Positions 18,879-27,940 of a DNA stretch of 64,000 nucleotides are shown in pieces. The notes under the pieces were generated by a model, which did no database searches, was not told the origin of the DNA, and saw only the letters and a list, made by a program, of their open reading frames with translations. The stretch comes from an uncultured Aquiluna sp. (lineage in GTDB: Bacteria > Actinomycetota > Actinomycetes > Actinomycetales > Microbacteriaceae). The stretch lies in the NCBI GenBank assembly GCA_913775595.1, contig CAJYLB010000001.1, positions 992,001 through 1,056,000 of the forward strand, given 5' to 3'. The translations under genes and the position numbers were made by a program. Numbering within the stretch: position 1 is the first letter of the stretch; each line of letters begins with the position of its first letter.

Positions 18879-19583
18879 GTGCCAGCCGAGTCCAAGCAAC
18901 CCAAAAAAACCGCCGCTTTTTTTGACGTTGACAACACCTTGGTTTGTGGTTCAACCTCAATTCTTTTTGGCAAGGTTGCCTTCACCGGAGGCAGCATAAA
19001 GCGCCGCGACATTTGGCGCTTTATGTGGGAACACGTGATGTATATCCGCCGCGGAGAGAAGAACTCCAAGATGGGCGATTTCAAGGATCGTGCCCTAATG
19101 CTCACCAAGGGTCACTCCGTCGAGGAGCTTCAGGGTCTGATTGACGAGGTATACAAAAGTGAAATAAGGCCCCGGCTTTGGCCTAGAACGGTTGAACGGC
19201 TCAAGCATCACCTGTCCGAGGGCCACGAAGTCTGGCTCGTCACCGCAGCTCCGGTCGAACTTGCTCAGGTCATTGCCGATGACGTTGGTGCAACGGGAGC
19301 CCTTGGAACCATCGTCGGCCACGACGGCAATGTTTTGACTGGAGAGCTGGTGGGTGCTCCGCTACACGGCAAGGCCAAGCGCAAGGCGGTAAAGAACCTG
19401 GCTAAAGAGCGCGGCATAAGCCTAAGAAGGTCCTGGGCTTACTCTGACTCCGTAAATGATCTGCCAATGCTGAGCGCGGTTGGTAACCAGGTTGCGGTCA
19501 ATCCCGATCAGCAGCTGAGGCGCTACGCCGTTGCAGCAGGTTGGGAAATCTTGCGGCAGCGCAGGAGAGAACTTCGGGGTTAA
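18879..19583 (+). CDS. HAD-IB family hydrolase (SerB-like)
   Basis: AAFFDVDNTL, WLVTAAP, AYSDSVNDLPML, VNPD. Confidence 0.9.
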   Translation: MPAESKQPKKTAAFFDVDNTLVCGSTSILFGKVAFTGGSIKRRDIWRFMWEHVMYIRRGEKNSKMGDFKDRALMLTKGHSVEELQGLIDEVYKSEIRPRLWPRTVERLKHHLSEGHEVWLVTAAPVELAQVIADDVGATGALGTIVGHDGNVLTGELVGAPLHGKAKRKAVKNLAKERGISLRRSWAYSDSVNDLPMLSAVGNQVAVNPDQQLRRYAVAAGWEILRQRRRELRG

Positions 19584-19587
19584 AAGT

Positions 19588-19611
19588 AAAAACCCGCTCC
19601 TAATGGGCGGG
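19588..19611 (-). terminator. Probable intrinsic terminator after bS22
   Basis: Minus strand CCCGCCC-ATTAG-GAGCGGG followed by TTTTT, between convergent genes. Confidence 0.6.
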
Positions 19612-19617
19612 CAGTTA

Positions 19618-19716
19618 CTACTTCTTGTTGCGACGCTGGTGGCGCGTCTTGCGAAGAAGCTTGCGGTGCTTCTTCTTCGACATGCGCTTGCGGCGCTTCT
19701 TAATTACTGAACCCAC
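19618..19716 (-). CDS. 30S ribosomal protein bS22 (AURKAIP1/COX24 domain), 32 aa
   Basis: Manual translation MGSVIKKRRKRMSKKKHRKLLRKTRHQRRNKK; GTG start, TGAGGT RBS; absent from the ORF track. Confidence 0.95.
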   Translation of the reverse strand: MGSVIKKRRKRMSKKKHRKLLRKTRHQRRNKK

Positions 19717-19765
19717 AAAAACCTCACGTATGTTCTTTTTGCCCTTGTGGGCAACCTGGCAAAGT

Positions 19766-20050
19766 CTAGCCCTTGCGCTTCAGGCGCTCAACCTCTGCAT
19801 CGATTTGATCGTCGGTAATTGGCTTGCCGCCGAGGCGACCATAGGCATCTAGCCCAACAAAGATTGCCGCAATTCCCATGCCGAAGACCACCCAGATGGG
19901 CCAATAGGGAGCGTTCGGGGTAGTGATGAACCACACACCGGAGGTGAGTGCCACAACTGCCGCGTATACCCACATGTAGGTGCGAAAGTCCTGCTTTTTC
20001 TTGAGTTGCTTCTGAGCGAACTCCCTCAGTGCGTCTCTGTTTTCAGCCAC
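19766..20050 (-). CDS. 2TM domain membrane protein
   Basis: F..Y..V TM1, YWPIWVVFGMGI TM2, charged C-terminal helix. Confidence 0.75.
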   Translation of the reverse strand: MAENRDALREFAQKQLKKKQDFRTYMWVYAAVVALTSGVWFITTPNAPYWPIWVVFGMGIAAIFVGLDAYGRLGGKPITDDQIDAEVERLKRKG

Positions 20051-20643
20051 TACTTCTTCCCTACCTTCGACTTGACCTCTTCAGCAAAGTGAGTGGCCTC
20101 ATTGCGGACATCGTCCACGACCTCTTCAACCTTTTGCCTTGCAATCTTTTCGAAGTCCTTTGCGCTTTTCTCGGCTTCGACCCTGGTCTCAGCTAGCTTT
20201 CTGCCCAGCCTCTTACCAAGCTCCTTGGGGTCGACATCCACGTCTAGTTCCTCAGCCCTGCTTCTAAGTTGCTCACCGAGCCATGCGGCTTTTTCGGTAA
20301 TCCAGTGGCCAAGCTTCTCGCCAGCCTCACCTAAGTTCTTGGCTAGGTCCTCTTCGCCCTCTGCCTCAAAGCCGAGAGACAGGAAGTTGATCATCCAGTC
20401 CTCAATCTCCTCGAGGGGCTCAGGGGTCACTGAGTAAAAACGTTTCTGGCCATCCTCGCGCGCTGCGACGAGGCCGACCTCACGAAGGGTCTTGAGGTGC
20501 TTGGAAACAGTGGGTTGTCCAAGGCCAGTTTTCTGCACCAGCTCGCTAACTGTCAGTTCAGCGCCCGCGACCTGTGCGGAGAGTAGAGTCTCCATAATCT
20601 TGCGTCTTGTTGGGTCTGCAATTGCCTCAAAAATGTCTGCCAT
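20050..20643 (-). CDS. ArsR/SmtB-family regulator with charged helical C-terminal extension
   Basis: DIFEAIADPTRRKI, QPTVSKHLKTLREVGLV. Confidence 0.88.
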   Translation of the reverse strand: MADIFEAIADPTRRKIMETLLSAQVAGAELTVSELVQKTGLGQPTVSKHLKTLREVGLVAAREDGQKRFYSVTPEPLEEIEDWMINFLSLGFEAEGEEDLAKNLGEAGEKLGHWITEKAAWLGEQLRSRAEELDVDVDPKELGKRLGRKLAETRVEAEKSAKDFEKIARQKVEEVVDDVRNEATHFAEEVKSKVGKK

Positions 20644-20652
20644 AACTACAGC

Positions 20653-21483
20653 CTAATCCTTGTCTTTTGCGATTTCCTCTGCCCTGGACACAGCTGCATC
20701 CAGCGAGCGTGCGAAGAGTTCCTCAAGGTCAGCCTGCTCCAAAGTTGCAATGATTCGCTCGGTCGTTCCCCCAGGAGATGTGACGTTCCTCCTGAGCACA
20801 CTTGGCTCTTCTGCGCTGTCTGCAAGAAGAGCCGCAGAACCAAAGAGGGTTGAGCGCACCAGCGTTTCAGCTTGCTCCTGTGTAAAGCCTTTTGAGATTG
20901 CCACCTTCTCCCACTGTTCGATGATGAAGTAGATCCAAGCGGGTCCCGAACCGGAGATGGCACTTAGTGCATTGATTTGCCTCTCTTCGACCTTGACCAC
21001 CTGCCCAACAGCTGAGAAAAGCCACTCGGCGGCATCTAAAGCGTCGTTGCTGGCGCTGGATTGAGCCGCAAGCCCGGTGACGCCCTGGCCCACCATCGCC
21101 GGCGTGTTTGGCATTGAGCGAATTAGGTTCTTGTGCTCTGGAAGCGCACCGGCCATGGTGTCGAGCTCAATCCCGCCAGCCATGGAGATGACCACTGAGT
21201 TCTTGGGAAGCTCAGGGGCAATTTCATTTAGGACATCAACTATTTGGTAGGGCTTGACCCCTAAAACCACCAGGTCTGCATCACCAGAGAGTAAAGCGTT
21301 AGCATCCGGAGACTGCTCAACCGATAGCGCGCTGATTCCCATCTGACGAAGAGCCAGAGCGCTTTGCTCGCTCTTGGTTGTTGCCGACACAAGCTCGGGC
21401 GGGTGACCGGAATCGATTAGTCCCCGCAGCACAGCAGAGCCCATAGATCCAGTGCCCAAAAAGCAGACCCTCAGGTTTTCCAT
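20653..21483 (-). CDS. proC: Pyrroline-5-carboxylate reductase
   Basis: LGTGSMG, VKP, RSMPNTP, SGSGPA, VTSPGGTT. Confidence 0.96.
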   Translation of the reverse strand: MENLRVCFLGTGSMGSAVLRGLIDSGHPPELVSATTKSEQSALALRQMGISALSVEQSPDANALLSGDADLVVLGVKPYQIVDVLNEIAPELPKNSVVISMAGGIELDTMAGALPEHKNLIRSMPNTPAMVGQGVTGLAAQSSASNDALDAAEWLFSAVGQVVKVEERQINALSAISGSGPAWIYFIIEQWEKVAISKGFTQEQAETLVRSTLFGSAALLADSAEEPSVLRRNVTSPGGTTERIIATLEQADLEELFARSLDAAVSRAEEIAKDKD

Positions 21484-21492
21484 GGCTAAATC

Positions 21493-22215
21493 CTAGATTG
21501 GTAGGTATGGGGCGACTAACGGGTAGCCAATAAAGACGGCGGTGTTCATGGTGGTGTGTGCAATCACCAAAGGCGCAACCCTGCCGCCCCTGAGGAACAA
21601 ATAGGCGAACACCAGCCCCATTACGAAGTTGCCAAGGAATGCTGAGAACCCTTGGTAGAGGTGGTAGCTCGCCCTGAACAGGCTGGAGATGACTACTACT
21701 GCGGCAATTGTGATCTCTGGTCTTATCAGTTGCAGCTTCTTTGCCAAGAAGGCAACGGCGATGACCTCTTCTTGCAAACCAGCCCGCAAAGCTGCGAGGA
21801 AGAGAATCAATGGAGTCCACCAGTACTCCCCCAGAGAACTCGGTATTACCCTGGCCGCCAGACCTACCTGAACCGCGACCACATAGAGCGCGATGCCGGG
21901 TATGCCAATTGCTATCGGAAGTCCCAAGCCCCAGATGAAGTCCTTTGCCTTTGGAGCTAGGCCGATATGAATCCCGTCGAGCCTCAGGAAGTAAAGAGCC
22001 AGCAGAACAGGAACCAGCGAAAGCGTGATCGAGGCAAGCTGGGAGATGAAATCCAGCCAGCCCTGCTCAGCAAGCGGCCTGTTGATCGTGGTGGTAGAAC
22101 CAGCCAACCCCTGGGTCGAGTTCAGTTTCCTAAGCAGACTAAGAATCGAATAGATGCTGCTTGCCCCCAAGGAAACCATGAGCGTGAGCCACAGCTCGAA
22201 AGAGTGCCTACGCAT
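21493..22215 (-). CDS. CPBP (CAAX/Abi) intramembrane protease
   Basis: QEEVI, RASYHLYQG, PLVIAH; start ATG 22215 with GGAGG. Confidence 0.85.
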   Translation of the reverse strand: MRRHSFELWLTLMVSLGASSIYSILSLLRKLNSTQGLAGSTTTINRPLAEQGWLDFISQLASITLSLVPVLLALYFLRLDGIHIGLAPKAKDFIWGLGLPIAIGIPGIALYVVAVQVGLAARVIPSSLGEYWWTPLILFLAALRAGLQEEVIAVAFLAKKLQLIRPEITIAAVVVISSLFRASYHLYQGFSAFLGNFVMGLVFAYLFLRGGRVAPLVIAHTTMNTAVFIGYPLVAPYLPI

Positions 22216-22289
22216 CCAAGGGCCTCCAAAAGAAGAAAACTGTTGAGAGAAGAAGTTTAGGTGGGGGTGGGTAGCGGTAGTTTGGTTCG

Positions 22290-23597
22290 GTGGCCAAGAC
22301 AAAGACCGAATACCGCTGTAGCGAGTGTGGTTGGTCGACGGCAAAATGGGTCGGTCAATGCTCGAGCTGCCAAGCGTGGGGAACAGTTGGAGAGTCCACA
22401 CCGGTCACTAAGGCCAAGGCCGCAAAGCTCAGTGAGACCCGGGTGGCCCGGCCCATCACCGAAATAGAGTCCTCTTCAGAGGGTCACCAACCAACTGGAG
22501 TCCAAGAATTTGATCGTGTCCTAGGCGGGGGTCTGGTGCCCGGAGCGGTTGTGCTGTTATCGGGTGAGCCAGGGGTTGGTAAAAGTACCCTGCTGTTGGA
22601 GGTAGCCGCCAGGCAGGCAAAAGGCGGCAAGAAGGTGCTTTATGTCTCCGCAGAGGAGTCAGCCTCTCAGGTGAAGCTCCGCGCTACTCGAACCTCAGCG
22701 CTTTCGGACAACCTCTACCTAGCAACCGAAACCGATCTATCGAGCGTGCTCGGTCAAATTGAGGAAGTTGCCCCGGAGCTCGTCATCGTGGACTCGGTGC
22801 AGACCGTCTCTAGCCTCGACCTCGACGGAGCAGCCGGTATGCCGGCTCAGGTTCGTGAAGTGGCAAGCAACCTGATCCGTGTTGCAAAGGAAAGCTCCAC
22901 ACCTTTGGTACTGGTTGGCCACGTCACCAAAGACGGCTCGATTGCCGGTCCTAGGACTCTTGAGCACCTGGTGGATGTCGTTTGCCACTTCGAGGGAGAT
23001 CGGCAGACCTCCCTGAGATTTGTCAGGACCCTAAAGAACCGCTTCGGACCCACCGACGAGGTGGGCTGCTTCGAAATGAGTGGGGAGGGGATCATCGAAG
23101 TTCCAGACCCATCGGCACTGTTTGTCTCCGAACAGCAAAACGTGGTCTCTGGAACCTGCATCACAATCACGGTCGAGGGTCGCAGGGCCCTGAGAGCTGA
23201 GATCCAGGCGTTGGTAGTAAAGAGCGGATCCCCGCAACCCAGGCGAGTAACTAACGGAGTCGACTCCGCAAGGGTTGCAATGCTGTTGGCCGTCCTAGAG
23301 CGCAGATCAGGGCTTGGCCTCTCCGACAAGGACGTCTACGTCTCTACCGTCGGCGGAATGAAAATTACCGAGCCTGCCGCCGACCTCGCGATAGCAATAG
23401 CTATCGCCTCTGCGGTCAGGGACAGGCCAGTCAAACCAGGCCTTGCCGCCTTTGGCGAGATTAGCCTCAGTGGAGAAATCAGAGGGGTGACTAATCCATC
23501 TCTCAGAGTTTCCGAGGCCAAGAGGCTTGGCCACAGAAGCGTTATCGATTCCTCTAGCTCCCAAGTCTCGGCAGCAATCGCCGCAGCACTTAGTTGA
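22290..23597 (+). CDS. radA: DNA repair protein RadA
   Basis: CSECG...CSSC zinc finger, GEPGVGKST, KNRFG. Confidence 0.97.
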   Translation: MAKTKTEYRCSECGWSTAKWVGQCSSCQAWGTVGESTPVTKAKAAKLSETRVARPITEIESSSEGHQPTGVQEFDRVLGGGLVPGAVVLLSGEPGVGKSTLLLEVAARQAKGGKKVLYVSAEESASQVKLRATRTSALSDNLYLATETDLSSVLGQIEEVAPELVIVDSVQTVSSLDLDGAAGMPAQVREVASNLIRVAKESSTPLVLVGHVTKDGSIAGPRTLEHLVDVVCHFEGDRQTSLRFVRTLKNRFGPTDEVGCFEMSGEGIIEVPDPSALFVSEQQNVVSGTCITITVEGRRALRAEIQALVVKSGSPQPRRVTNGVDSARVAMLLAVLERRSGLGLSDKDVYVSTVGGMKITEPAADLAIAIAIASAVRDRPVKPGLAAFGEISLSGEIRGVTNPSLRVSEAKRLGHRSVIDSSSSQVSAAIAAALS

Positions 23598-24207
23598 GAA
23601 TAAAGCGCTTTTCTTCGGAGATAACTCCGTTGACCTCTACCTTGATCTTGTAGGTCGCGCCTCCAGTCGGAACCAGATCATTGGCACTTGCGCTGCAACC
23701 ATTCTCCGAGGAGTAGGACTTCTCCCATGGGCTTGCCGCGGCCTCTTCTGCGGAGTTGGACGGCAAGGTTACATAGCGATCGGTGTCATTACTTCGGTCA
23801 CAGTCTCTCGAGGACCAGTAGGTCTGCTCGCCAGATGTAATGGTGAAGAAGGTGACCCTGGAGCCAACGTTGAACTTGCAATCAACAAGACCGTTGTTGG
23901 TGATCTCATACCAAATGTCGGGGTTGGTCTCGGGAGCGAAGGAGTTGAAGGTCTCTACAACCTGGCTGTCACCATCGCTACTTATGAGCTTTCCAATCAT
24001 GACCTCTACCGAGACGACACCGGGAGCACAATTGGTGAGCTCTGCGGGAGCGGCTTCCTCGGTCTGAGTGACCTCGGGGGTCGGCAGTACCTCTTGACCC
24101 GTGTTTGCAAAGAGCTGGGGAACACCCCAAATAGCTGCGACTAGGGCGGCTAGAACAACTAAAGCACCGATCCTGCGCTTGCGATAGACGCTCTCGTCGG
24201 TGGCCAT
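23590..24207 (-). CDS. Conserved actinobacterial membrane-anchored protein
   Basis: VYRKRR plus TM helix, four Cys, WSSRDC; typical convergent neighbour of radA. Confidence 0.7.
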   Translation of the reverse strand: MATDESVYRKRRIGALVVLAALVAAIWGVPQLFANTGQEVLPTPEVTQTEEAAPAELTNCAPGVVSVEVMIGKLISSDGDSQVVETFNSFAPETNPDIWYEITNNGLVDCKFNVGSRVTFFTITSGEQTYWSSRDCDRSNDTDRYVTLPSNSAEEAAASPWEKSYSSENGCSASANDLVPTGGATYKIKVEVNGVISEEKRFILN

Positions 24208-24220
24208 AGAGTAAATCTAG

Positions 24221-24715
24221 TTAGAGGTGCCTCAGCATTCGGCTGTTTCCGAGCGTGTTCTGCTTAACTCGTGCAAGATCTAGAAACTCGGCAACACCTT
24301 CGTCATGTGACCTAACCAGCTCCGCATAGGTCTCGGCATCAACCGGGATGTCGCTTATCTCTTCGAATCCATGGGAGGCGAAGAAGTCATTCTCGAAGGT
24401 TAGGCAGAAAACCCGCTTGATCCCCAGCGCCTTTGCTCGCTGTAAAAGCTCGCTGAGAATGGCGGTGCCGACGCCTTTGCGCCTCGCTCCCTCAGCCACA
24501 ACCAGAGTTCTGACCTCTCCGAGGTCCTGCCACATCACGTGTAGGGCGCCAAAGCCGGCAAGCTCTCCATCCAGCTCGGCGACCACAAACTCCTGTATTG
24601 ATTCATAGAGTTCGACGAGCTCTTTACCCAAAAGAACGCGCTGCTCGACCAGTGGATCGGCCAGTTTCCTGATGGCCGGGACGTCAGCAGTTACCGCAGA
24701 GCGAATCGAAAGCAT
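24221..24715 (-). CDS. argA: Amino-acid N-acetyltransferase (short GNAT ArgA)
   Basis: LYESIQEF, GALHVMWQDLGEVRTL, FCLTFE, DEGVAEFLDL. Confidence 0.85.
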   Translation of the reverse strand: MLSIRSAVTADVPAIRKLADPLVEQRVLLGKELVELYESIQEFVVAELDGELAGFGALHVMWQDLGEVRTLVVAEGARRKGVGTAILSELLQRAKALGIKRVFCLTFENDFFASHGFEEISDIPVDAETYAELVRSHDEGVAEFLDLARVKQNTLGNSRMLRHL

Positions 24716-24734
24716 CAGGCAATTATGGCGATAG

Positions 24735-25238
24735 CTAGCCCTCTAGCGCTACCAACGCCTCGTTGCGGCGAAGGGGAGCTGGGGTCCAGGGTCCGTTGTA
24801 GCGGGCATAACTAACCTCGCCTATTGGCTTGTAGCCAGCACGCTCTAGCTCCTCAATTAGCTTTCTACCTTTGCGTTCAAAGAGCTCCTCGGACGCCATG
24901 CCAGAAAATCGCTTGGCGGCCATGAGCACTCCATCGACCTTCTTGACCTCCATGCCCTCTCGCAGAGGCGCGGGGGCATCCTGCATGTGATCCGGCATCA
25001 CAAACGCAACCTCATAGCCGCTTGGCTGCTTGTTCTGAATTACCGGAGCGGTCATGGCAATCTGCTGGCGCTGTGCATTCTCACCACCGATGTAACCGGC
25101 TAGATAGCGGAAAGCATTGCTGCCAGCTGCAGCGAGGCTCCCAGACATCGACTTGGTGACCAGCACATGCGGCGCGTACTGCCTGATCTCAAAGCCAGGC
25201 TGCCTCTTCACTACCTCGTAGCGCTGGATCTCAGTCAC
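24735..25238 (-). CDS. SOUL heme-binding family protein
   Basis: TE...YEV, FEIRQY, AFRYLAGYIGGEN, IAMTAPV, ARYNGPWTP..RRNE. Confidence 0.88.
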   Translation of the reverse strand: MTEIQRYEVVKRQPGFEIRQYAPHVLVTKSMSGSLAAAGSNAFRYLAGYIGGENAQRQQIAMTAPVIQNKQPSGYEVAFVMPDHMQDAPAPLREGMEVKKVDGVLMAAKRFSGMASEELFERKGRKLIEELERAGYKPIGEVSYARYNGPWTPAPLRRNEALVALEG

Positions 25239-27698
25239 TTATTTTTTGACCGCCTCCGCCTCGCGGCTTGTGGTTACGAAAGTAAAGGCGTCGTCTGCGA
25301 AGTCAACCGTGATGTCCTGAGCGCTCTGAATGTCTCCAGTCAGGATGCGCTCTGAGATCTCATCCTCGATCTCACGCTGCACAGTTCTGCGAAGTGGCCT
25401 TGCGCCCAAAGCGGGTTCATAGCCAAGCTCGATGAGCCTGTCCTTCGCAGCTGTGGTGAGGGTTAGCTTGAGGTCGCGCTCATCGAGACGCTGCTGCAGG
25501 CGGCCAATGAATAGATCGACAATCTGCATGAGCTCCTCGCGGGTGAGCTGTGGGAAGACGATTACCTCATCTACGCGGTTGAGGAACTCTGGCTTGAAGT
25601 TCTTCTTGAGCTCTTCGTTTACCCTCGAGCGCATCTGGTCGTAGTCGTTTGCGGCATCGCCCTCGAGGGTGAAGCCCAACGCACCACGAGAGATCTCACG
25701 TGATCCGAGGTTGGTGGTCATGATGATGATGGTGTTCTTGAAGTCAACGACTCTGCCCTGACCATCTGTGAGGCGACCCTCTTCAAGAATCTGAAGCAGT
25801 GAGTTGAAGATGTCCGGGTGAGCCTTTTCAATCTCATCGAAAAGCACAACCGAGAACGGCTTGCGACGAACCTTTTCAGTCAGCTGGCCACCCTCGTCGA
25901 ATCCAACGAATCCTGGAGGGGCACCAAACAACCTAGAGACAGTGTGCTTCTCGGAGAACTCGCTCATATCTAGAGCAATCAGCGCGTCCTCGTCATCGAA
26001 GAGGAACTCCGCAAGAGCCTTTGCTAGCTCTGTCTTTCCAACACCGGTGGGGCCAGCAAAGATGAAGGAGCCTGATGGCCGCTTCGGGTCTTTCAGGCCA
26101 GCACGCTGACGGCGGATGGTCTTTGACAGGGCGGCAATGGCAGCCTCCTGGCCAATAACGCGCTTGTGGAGCTCCTGCTCCATGAAGATGAGCTTCGCGC
26201 CCTCGTCTTCACCCAGCTTGAAAACTGGGATGCCGGTGGCCTGAGCGAGAACCTCTGCGATTAGACCCTCATCAACCAGACCGGTCTGATCTACATTGCC
26301 CTCGCGGAACTCTTTCTCCATCTTGATCTTTTCGGAGGTGAGCTTCTTCTCCTCATCGCGCTTTGATGCGGCGAGCTCAAAGTCCTGATCAGCAATTGCC
26401 TGCTCCTTGGCGGCCTTTACAGCGGCTACCTTGTCCTCCATCTCCTTCAGCTCAGGAGGTGAAGAGAGGAAACTTAGCCTGACCCTCGCACCGGCCTCGT
26501 CGATTAGGTCGATGGCCTTGTCCGGGAGGAAGCGGTCGGTGACATAGCGGTCGCTCATGCCCACGGCTGCAACAAGTGCTCCGTCTGTGATGGAAACCTT
26601 GTGGTGCGCCTCGTAGCGATCGCGTAGACCCTTGAGAATGTTTATCGCCATTGCAGGTGTTGGCTCTGAGACCATTACCGACTGGAAGCGCCTGACCAGA
26701 GCCGCGTCCTTTTCGAAGTGCTTGCGATACTCATCCAGAGTGGTTGCTCCGATGGTCTGCAGTTCACCTCGGGCCAGCATTGGCTTCAGGATTGATGCGG
26801 CATCGATTGCTCCCTCGGCTGCGCCAGCACCGACCAGGGTGTGGATTTCGTCGATGAAGGTGATGATGTCGCCACGGGTCCTGATTTCCTTGGTGACCTT
26901 CTTGAGGCGCTCTTCGAAGTCTCCGCGGTAACGGGAGCCAGCAATCAGGCTTCCCATGTCCAGCGTGTAAAGCTGCTTCCCGCGCAGGGTCTCCGGAACA
27001 TTCCCCGAGACGATAGCCTGCGCAAGACCCTCAACAATTGCCGTCTTACCGACCCCCGGCTCACCAATGAGAATCGGGTTGTTCTTGGTGCGACGGGAGA
27101 GAATCTGCATCACGCGCTCTATCTCACGCTCGCGACCAACAACTGGGTCGAGCTTGCCCTCTGCAGCAGCCTGAGAGAGGTTGCGACCGTACTGATCTAG
27201 AACCTGGCTGCCTTTTTGTGGAGGGGCAACTTCGCCCCCCACCGAGACGGCCTCTTTGCCCTGGTAACCAGACAGCAACTGAATGACCTGCTGGCGAACC
27301 TTGTTGGTGTCGGCACCCAGCTTCGTCAAAACCTGAGCGGCAACACCCTCTCCTTCACGAATCAGACCGAGTAGCAGGTGCTCGGTTCCGATGTAGCTGT
27401 GTCCGAGCTGAAGTGCCTCACGAAGGCTGAGCTCGAGAACCTTCTTGGCCCTAGGAGTAAACGGGATGTGGCCCGAGGGAGACTGCTGACCCTGGCCAAT
27501 GATGTCTTGGACCTGCTCGCGGACCTGCTCGAGGTTGATGCCGAGAGCTTCTAGGGCCTTGGCCGCAACTCCCTCACCCTCGTGAATTAGTCCGAGCAGG
27601 ATGTGCTCGGTGCCGATGTAGTTGTGATTGAGTAGCTTCGCCTCTTCCTGGGCGAGCACGACAACCCTTCGGGCCTTGTCGGTAAATTTCTCAAACAA
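25239..27698 (-). CDS. clpC: ATP-dependent Clp protease ATPase subunit
   Basis: [20 protein letters not shown], two AAA+ modules ([16 protein letters not shown]), UVR coiled coil. Confidence 0.97.
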   Translation of the reverse strand: MFEKFTDKARRVVVLAQEEAKLLNHNYIGTEHILLGLIHEGEGVAAKALEALGINLEQVREQVQDIIGQGQQSPSGHIPFTPRAKKVLELSLREALQLGHSYIGTEHLLLGLIREGEGVAAQVLTKLGADTNKVRQQVIQLLSGYQGKEAVSVGGEVAPPQKGSQVLDQYGRNLSQAAAEGKLDPVVGREREIERVMQILSRRTKNNPILIGEPGVGKTAIVEGLAQAIVSGNVPETLRGKQLYTLDMGSLIAGSRYRGDFEERLKKVTKEIRTRGDIITFIDEIHTLVGAGAAEGAIDAASILKPMLARGELQTIGATTLDEYRKHFEKDAALVRRFQSVMVSEPTPAMAINILKGLRDRYEAHHKVSITDGALVAAVGMSDRYVTDRFLPDKAIDLIDEAGARVRLSFLSSPPELKEMEDKVAAVKAAKEQAIADQDFELAASKRDEEKKLTSEKIKMEKEFREGNVDQTGLVDEGLIAEVLAQATGIPVFKLGEDEGAKLIFMEQELHKRVIGQEAAIAALSKTIRRQRAGLKDPKRPSGSFIFAGPTGVGKTELAKALAEFLFDDEDALIALDMSEFSEKHTVSRLFGAPPGFVGFDEGGQLTEKVRRKPFSVVLFDEIEKAHPDIFNSLLQILEEGRLTDGQGRVVDFKNTIIIMTTNLGSREISRGALGFTLEGDAANDYDQMRSRVNEELKKNFKPEFLNRVDEVIVFPQLTREELMQIVDLFIGRLQQRLDERDLKLTLTTAAKDRLIELGYEPALGARPLRRTVQREIEDEISERILTGDIQSAQDITVDFADDAFTFVTTSREAEAVKK

Positions 27699-27751
27699 GC
27701 TGGCACCTCCAAAATGTGTAACTCGATGTTAGGTGCCGAGTATTGCCAAAA

Positions 27752-27937
27752 CTAGGGCTGTTCGCCCAAGGCGTTAGCGCGCTTGGCGCGCTCCTCAGCC
27801 TCAATTTCGCGATACGTGTCGCGCTCTTTCTGGTCGGCTCGGAGAATCGAGCGCATCATTACCCAGAACAACACCCCTACCAGCGCAGGCGGAATCAGAG
27901 AAATAAGCACATCAGATGCGATTTCGAAAAAGCCCAT
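27752..27937 (-). CDS. Small membrane protein (61 aa)
   Basis: SLIPP...FWVMMRSILRADQKER; one TM helix; 3 bp after lysS. Confidence 0.75.
   Translation of the reverse strand: MGFFEIASDVLISLIPPALVGVLFWVMMRSILRADQKERDTYREIEAEERAKRANALGEQP
27760..27773. promoter_or_regulatory. Putative ClgR box upstream of clpC
   Basis: GTTCGC-CCAAG-GCG matches the GTTCGC-N5-GCG ClgR consensus; candidate -10 TAACAT at 27731-27726. Confidence 0.6.
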
Positions 27938-27940
27938 GAG

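Noticed and set aside
23527..24144. 205-aa plus-strand ORF
   Set aside because: Mirror of the minus-strand membrane protein gene, which has a TANNNT-N6 start and recognisable features.
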